Source: Spirochaetaceae bacterium (lineage in GTDB: Bacteria > Spirochaetota > Spirochaetia > DSM-2461). Taken from it: a stretch of 64,000 bases of DNA. The notes under the pieces are model-generated. The model did not search any database and was not told where the DNA came from. It saw only the letters and a list, made by a program, of their open reading frames with translations. Position numbers and translations under genes: made by a program. The stretch lies in contig JAOPTT010000009.1 of assembly GCA_051531975.1 (NCBI GenBank), positions 64,001 through 128,000 of the forward strand, written 5' to 3'. Below are positions 59,128 to 64,000 of the stretch, one piece after another (the first letter of the stretch is position 1; every line of letters starts with the position of its first letter).

Positions 59128-60947
59128 AAAAACAGTATGGAAGCGCCCTTAGAGAATTCCTTAAAAATAGAGATTATTCCAATGCATCACCTGACTTAAA
59201 AAAACTTTATGCTGAATCTAAAACATGGGATTCTTTTATTACCGATGCAAAGGTTAATGGATTTAAATGGAGTCAAATATATTTTGTAAAAGAACTATTA
59301 GATCGATATAAATGTAATAATCCAGATCTATTAAAATGGTTTTTATTGCATATAATGTACCAGTATGATGTAGGTAACTTAAGGACATCAATTATTACGT
59401 TAGAGGAAGATATAAAGGAGTGGTATTCAGAAGAATTAACTCCATTTTTACTTTCGGATCTGTTAACCTCTGTGCATGAATTAATTGTAGGAAATATAGA
59501 GATCTTTGGATCTGAAAATGAGCCCTTTTTAATAGAGGGAAACTATATTTATATAAATAGAATAGAAAAATACGAGGAAGAGTTTTTAGCTCTCTTATCT
59601 AAAAGATTAACCTCAAACATTCCTAACTCTGTGGATATAACAGCTGTTAAAAAAAGTTTAGAAGATCGTATGGAGTATGGTTTAGATGGAGCTAGATTAG
59701 AAGCTGTAGAGAAAGCACTAAATAATAATTTTTTAATTATATCAGGTGGCCCTGGAACTGGAAAAACAACAACAGTAGTCTCTATTATTAGAGGTTTATT
59801 GTTTATGGGAATTAATAATATATCCTTAGCAGCACCTACAGGGAGAGCAGCTAAAAGAATGATAGAGAGTATCCGACGGGAAACAACTGCCAAAGATGAA
59901 CAAATGCCAACTGAAGCTTTTACTCTGCATAAACTTTTAGGGATAATACCAAACAAAGATAGACCACGTTATAATTCAGATAGGTTATTACCAACAGAAG
60001 CTGTGATTATTGATGAAGCATCTATGGTTGATATACACATGATGTATAGACTTTTTGATGCATTACATGCAAATACAAAACTAATATTAGTGGGGGATAA
60101 AGATCAACTCCCTTCAGTTGAGGCTGGAGCACTCTTAGGTGACTTTTTACATAACTATAAAGACCCAAAACATAAAATGTTTAACTCTATAATTATATTA
60201 GAGAAGTTTTATCGGTCTACAGAAGGGATCATGGATGGTGCTAAACTTGTTATAGGTGGAGATTCTACTAGTGCCTTAGATTATCTAAAAAAAGGTTCAT
60301 CTGAAATAATTACATCAGAATTACCAGAAACTGATAAATTAGTTTCTATACTTATTGGACAGTATAATAAGACTGGGTTACCACTGAATTTCTCCATCCC
60401 TGTTTCTAGGTATACTGAAGTCAGTAGACAAATTGAGCAGTATTTTTCACTTTATGCTGACTACACAGTTCTTAGCCCATCGAAAAAAGGTCTTTATGGC
60501 ACTTATTCGTTAAATTCGTTAATTAAAAGAGTGTTTAATCCTCATTTTAAACCCTTTTATCATGGTGAGCCTATTATGATAACCAAAAATGACTATGTTA
60601 ACGGACTATTTAATGGAGATAGAGGTGTTATTTTAGGGTTCACAAACGGTTTATATGCATTTTTTAAAGAGGTCGATAGTTATAAAGTCGTCTCTATTAG
60701 TAAAATTATAGACTATGAAACATCATATGTCGGAACTGTTCATAAAAGCCAAGGATCTGAGTTTAAACATGTTGCAATAATAATACCAGAAGGTTCTGAG
60801 AAACTATTAACTAGGGAAATACTATATACCGCTCTAACCCGGGCAAAAAAACAGGTTTATCTATATGCTGGAGATGAGCAGATTGTTACAGCGGTCAAAA
60901 AAAGAATAAAAAGAGAATCAGGTATCAGAGATTTTCTGTTAGATTAA
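59124..60947 (+). CDS. recD: Exodeoxyribonuclease V alpha subunit
   Basis: GGPGTGKT, APTGRAA, DEASM, GDKDQLPSV, TVHKSQGSE, YTALTRA. Confidence 0.95.
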   Translation: MKKQYGSALREFLKNRDYSNASPDLKKLYAESKTWDSFITDAKVNGFKWSQIYFVKELLDRYKCNNPDLLKWFLLHIMYQYDVGNLRTSIITLEEDIKEWYSEELTPFLLSDLLTSVHELIVGNIEIFGSENEPFLIEGNYIYINRIEKYEEEFLALLSKRLTSNIPNSVDITAVKKSLEDRMEYGLDGARLEAVEKALNNNFLIISGGPGTGKTTTVVSIIRGLLFMGINNISLAAPTGRAAKRMIESIRRETTAKDEQMPTEAFTLHKLLGIIPNKDRPRYNSDRLLPTEAVIIDEASMVDIHMMYRLFDALHANTKLILVGDKDQLPSVEAGALLGDFLHNYKDPKHKMFNSIIILEKFYRSTEGIMDGAKLVIGGDSTSALDYLKKGSSEIITSELPETDKLVSILIGQYNKTGLPLNFSIPVSRYTEVSRQIEQYFSLYADYTVLSPSKKGLYGTYSLNSLIKRVFNPHFKPFYHGEPIMITKNDYVNGLFNGDRGVILGFTNGLYAFFKEVDSYKVVSISKIIDYETSYVGTVHKSQGSEFKHVAIIIPEGSEKLLTREILYTALTRAKKQVYLYAGDEQIVTAVKKRIKRESGIRDFLLD

Positions 60948-60977
60948 TTGACCATTATGCATACATAGATGTATACT
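60948..60977 (+). promoter_or_regulatory. Sigma70-type promoter of the nitroreductase gene
   Basis: TTGACC-18 nt-TATACT. Confidence 0.55.
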
Positions 60978-61002
60978 TATGGAACAAGTGGAGATTTTTT
61001 AG

Positions 61003-61512
61003 ATGAAGAAAGTATTAGACAATTTCAGATCATGGAGATCAATAAGAACTTACCTAGACAAACAAATTAATGATGAAACAATAAAGCAGTTATTAAAAGA
61101 TGGTAAAGATAAGCTTGAAACTGTAGGTGATAAAGTATGGTCTTTTACAGTTATTCAGAACAAAAAAATAATTAAAGAACTAAATATTCTTACTAAAAAA
61201 GATATGTTTAAAAAAAGCGATGTTGATATTATTAATAGATTAGGTAAAACACCTGATTTTGATATATTCTATGGTGCGCCAACTGTTATTATGATATCCG
61301 TTAAAGATAAGTCCAAGGCAATTGGTGATGCTTGTTCTGATGCTATTCATAATATTATTACCCAAGCAAAAAATCTCGGTCTTGCTGCAAATTGGAACAG
61401 CTTTGTTAAATATCATTTTACTGATAACAACGACCCTGAAGAGAAACAAAAACTTGATATTCCAGATGATTATACCCCATATTATGCTATTAGTATTGGT
61501 TATGCCAAATAA
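61003..61512 (+). CDS. Nitroreductase family protein
   Basis: RSIRTY, FYGAP, LGLAANW, ISIGY; the usual APS motif is not evident. Confidence 0.8.
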   Translation: MKKVLDNFRSWRSIRTYLDKQINDETIKQLLKDGKDKLETVGDKVWSFTVIQNKKIIKELNILTKKDMFKKSDVDIINRLGKTPDFDIFYGAPTVIMISVKDKSKAIGDACSDAIHNIITQAKNLGLAANWNSFVKYHFTDNNDPEEKQKLDIPDDYTPYYAISIGYAK

Positions 61513-61617
61513 ATAACATTTCAATTATAATACCTCCTAAAATATTTCAATTAATAAATTTTTTTGTTGAAATTTGAATCTATTATCAATAACATTAAAT
61601 TCAAATAGGAGGCAATT

Positions 61618-62196
61618 ATGTCTAAAAGTATTAAAGGTTCCAGAACAGAACAGAATTTATTAAAAGCATTTGCTGGAGAGTCCCAAGCAAGAAATAGATA
61701 TACCTACTTTGCTGGAGTAGCAAAAAAAGAGGGATTAGTACAAATTTCTTTTATTTTTGAAGAGACCGCAAACCAAGAAAAAGAGCATGCAAAAAGGTTT
61801 TTTAAATTTCTTGAAGGTGGAGATTTAGAGATTACAGCAACTTATCCTGCAGGTAAAATAGGAAGTACTCTAGAGAACCTAAAAGCTGCTGCGGCAGGTG
61901 AAAAAGAGGAGTGGATGGAGATCTACCCTGAATTTGCTACTGTTGCTAGAGAAGAGGGGTTTCTTCAAGTTGCTGCAGCATTTGATGCTATATCAGTTGC
62001 TGAGAAACAACACGGTAAAAGATATACAGATTTAGCTACGAACCTGGAAGAAGGAAAAGTTTTTAAAAGAAATGGTGTAGTTGTTTGGCGTTGTCTTAAC
62101 TGTGGTTTTTTACATGAATCTGAAGTTGCACCTAATGTTTGTGCAGCATGTCTACATCCACAAAGTTATTTTGAACTGTTAAGTGAGAATTGGTAA
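61618..62196 (+). CDS. rbr: Rubrerythrin
   Basis: AFAGESQARNRY, EKEH, EKQH, C-terminal CLNCG...CAAC. Confidence 0.95.
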   Translation: MSKSIKGSRTEQNLLKAFAGESQARNRYTYFAGVAKKEGLVQISFIFEETANQEKEHAKRFFKFLEGGDLEITATYPAGKIGSTLENLKAAAAGEKEEWMEIYPEFATVAREEGFLQVAAAFDAISVAEKQHGKRYTDLATNLEEGKVFKRNGVVVWRCLNCGFLHESEVAPNVCAACLHPQSYFELLSENW

Positions 62197-62198
62197 TA

Positions 62199-62780
62199 TT
62201 ATTTGATTATTATCTTATAATCTCTTAATAGAGACATGGCCTCAGGCAGACTGAATATAGCCTTTTCTATTTTGTTTGCACTGGGGTTTATAATATACTT
62301 TTTAGCACCCTTAAAATTAGCTTTTCTTAAATCGCTGTGTAAAAAGTTAGTTTCTGATAGATCACAACCGGAAAAGTCTGCTCCTGATAAAAAGGAATCA
62401 AAAAAATCACAATCGATTACTGAAGATTTTAAAAACTTAATTTTATTTAGTTTCATATCTGAAAAACTACAACCCTGGATAAGACAATTATTAAACTCAA
62501 AATCTATAACAAACTGATCACATTTTCTAAAATTCAGACCTAGAAGTTTACAACCATCAAACTTAACACCTCTAAACTTTGTCTGAAAGAAGTTTGAAAC
62601 ACTAAAGTTGCAGTCGTTAAAGATACAATCTTCAAAAGTTGTTTCTGAAAAGTTTGTATTTGAGAAGTCACAACTGTTAAATGTGCAATTTGAAAAAACT
62701 TTATAAATAATAGATTTATCTGCTCCTTGGAGGGAGTCAATTATTTCGTTTTCGATGTAGTCTTCTGTAAGTATATCCAT
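62199..62780 (-). CDS. Pentapeptide repeat protein
   Basis: Regular 5-residue repeats (CTFNS CDFSN TNFSE ... ADFSG CDLSE). Confidence 0.9.
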   Translation of the reverse strand: MDILTEDYIENEIIDSLQGADKSIIYKVFSNCTFNSCDFSNTNFSETTFEDCIFNDCNFSVSNFFQTKFRGVKFDGCKLLGLNFRKCDQFVIDFEFNNCLIQGCSFSDMKLNKIKFLKSSVIDCDFFDSFLSGADFSGCDLSETNFLHSDLRKANFKGAKKYIINPSANKIEKAIFSLPEAMSLLRDYKIIIK

Positions 62781-62836
62781 ATTAATAATAGTATAGAAAA
62801 GTTAGATGATGGTATATAATATTTCGAGGGGTATTT

Positions 62837-63571
62837 ATGGCTAATTATAAAATTGAAGTGTGTGTTGATTCTTTAACTTCGTGTATTGAATCTCAAAGAG
62901 GGGGGGCAGATAGAGTGGAGCTTTGTGATAATATGTTTGAAGGTGGAACTACACCTAGTTATGGTAATATTAAGCAAGCTAGAAAACTACTAGATATCGG
63001 CTTACATGTAATAATTAGACCCAGAGGCGGGGATTTTAATTACTCAGATTATGAATTTGAATCAATGAAGGATGATATTACCATCTGTAAAGAGTTAGGT
63101 GTTGATGGAGTAGTTTTTGGTATTTTAACTAAGGATGGACAGATTGATATAAAAAGGTGTGCAGAATTAGTAGAGATATCAAAACCTATGCAACTAACAT
63201 TCCATAGAGCTTTTGATGTAGCGAAAGACCCTTATATAGCACTGCAAGAGATAATTGAATTAGGTTTCCATAGAGTATTAACTTCTGGGCAAGAACCTAG
63301 TGTCATGGAGGGTGTTGATCTAATATCTGAGTTAGTAGATATCGCGGAAGGAAATATTATTATTATGCCTGGTTGTGGTATTACAGTTCGTAATATGCCA
63401 AAAGTAATTGAAAAAACTAAAGCAAAAGAATTCCATGTTTTAATTAACTGTTTAGAAGAGAGTCAGATGGAACATCGGTCAGATGATATTTTTATGGGAA
63501 GCTCAGTAAGGAATCCTGAATTTCAGAGAGGCATAACAGATAAACAGGCTATTTCTAAATTGAAGAAATAG
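62837..63571 (+). CDS. cutC: Copper homeostasis protein CutC
   Basis: EVCVDS, ADRVELC, EGGTTPS, IRPRGGDF, TFHRAFD, RVLTSG. Confidence 0.95.
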   Translation: MANYKIEVCVDSLTSCIESQRGGADRVELCDNMFEGGTTPSYGNIKQARKLLDIGLHVIIRPRGGDFNYSDYEFESMKDDITICKELGVDGVVFGILTKDGQIDIKRCAELVEISKPMQLTFHRAFDVAKDPYIALQEIIELGFHRVLTSGQEPSVMEGVDLISELVDIAEGNIIIMPGCGITVRNMPKVIEKTKAKEFHVLINCLEESQMEHRSDDIFMGSSVRNPEFQRGITDKQAISKLKK

Positions 63572-63585
63572 CCTTTCATATTATC

Positions 63586-64000
63586 TTACATTGAAAGGTC
63601 TTCACCTTTTGAGAACTTATTAAAGAGCATAAGAGATAAAATTGTAAGCAGTGCTAACATAGATGAAAGTGCTGCAGCAACACCATAATTACCTCGTATA
63701 ATTTGTGTATAAATCTCTATTGTTAGAGTTTTTGTCCTACCTGTATAGAGTAGAATAGCAGATGAAAGCTCGCTAATCATGGTTATCCAACTTAATATAG
63801 CACCTGATATAATTCCTGCTGCCATCATGGGCATGGTTATTTTGTAAAAGGTTTTAATTTTAGAACTTCCTAGACTTAAGGATGCTTCCTCTACATTCAT
63901 AGGTATTTGCTGTAAAATTGCAGCACTGGACCTGATTGTATAAGGCAAACGCCGTAAAACTAAAGCTATGACCATAATGGCCATTGTTCCACTAAGTATT
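63586..64000 (-). CDS. Iron(III)-type ABC transporter permease, C-terminal part (truncated by window edge)
   Basis: RRLPY, EEASLSLG (EAA motif), ELSSAILL; frame open to the window end. Confidence 0.85.
   Translation of the reverse strand, partial: ILSGTMAIMVIALVLRRLPYTIRSSAAILQQIPMNVEEASLSLGSSKIKTFYKITMPMMAAGIISGAILSWITMISELSSAILLYTGRTKTLTIEIYTQIIRGNYGVAAALSSMLALLTILSLMLFNKFSKGEDLSM

Noticed and set aside
61565..61595. Fur/PerR-like box upstream of rubrerythrin (TTGAATCTATTATCAATAA)
   Set aside because: Only one good half-site in very AT-rich DNA; biologically plausible but not supportable from sequence alone.
253..62740. Numerous short antisense or alternate-frame ORFs (e.g. 253-492, 13694-14080, 26835-27233, 46033-46356, 48362-48766, 54508-55017, 59549-59956)
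   Set aside because: They are shadows of well-supported genes, with no motifs or translation signals.
62199..62780. Pentapeptide protein as a Qnr/MfpA quinolone-resistance gene
   Set aside because: The repeat fold is clear, but a resistance function cannot be inferred from the repeat alone.
1..64000. tRNA, rRNA, riboswitch or IS elements
   Set aside because: Intergenic gaps are short and AT-rich and none showed recognisable signatures by eye; an Rfam/tRNAscan search would be needed to exclude them formally.

Overview
AT-rich bacterial chromosome segment. The gene set and protein types (stand-alone EF-G outside the str operon, recCBD, lipoproteins, many signalling genes) suggest a free-living anaerobic spirochaete, but this is an inference. 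Housekeeping genes: argS, fusA, recC-recB-recD, rubrerythrin, cutC and several ABC transporters. Signalling is dense: an Amt-HAMP-PAS-HPt-HATPase fusion coupled to a class III nucleotide cyclase, a CheY-CheC-GGDEF operon, HPt plus REC-PP2C-RsbW, and a SiaABC-like phosphatase/kinase module. The most interesting stretch is 12-24 kb. It holds (i) an orphan, degenerate homologue of the DNA-phosphorothioation-associated methyltransferase, (ii) a ~400 bp intergenic cluster of DnaA boxes (candidate oriC or DARS/datA-like site, no dnaA in the window), and (iii) two paralogous histidine kinases and two paralogous solute-binding lipoproteins, with no permease or response regulator, lying head-to-head with a single-module C-A(Ser-like)-T-R NRPS. 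That last arrangement is a candidate signal-synthesis/sensing locus. There are also two deletion-eroded pseudogenes (GH13, Fic), a candidate leader-peptide attenuator upstream of an ABC exporter, and many genes with a leaderless-type promoter layout. No tRNA, rRNA, CRISPR, transposase or integrase was recognised. All calls come from reading motifs by eye; no database searches were run.
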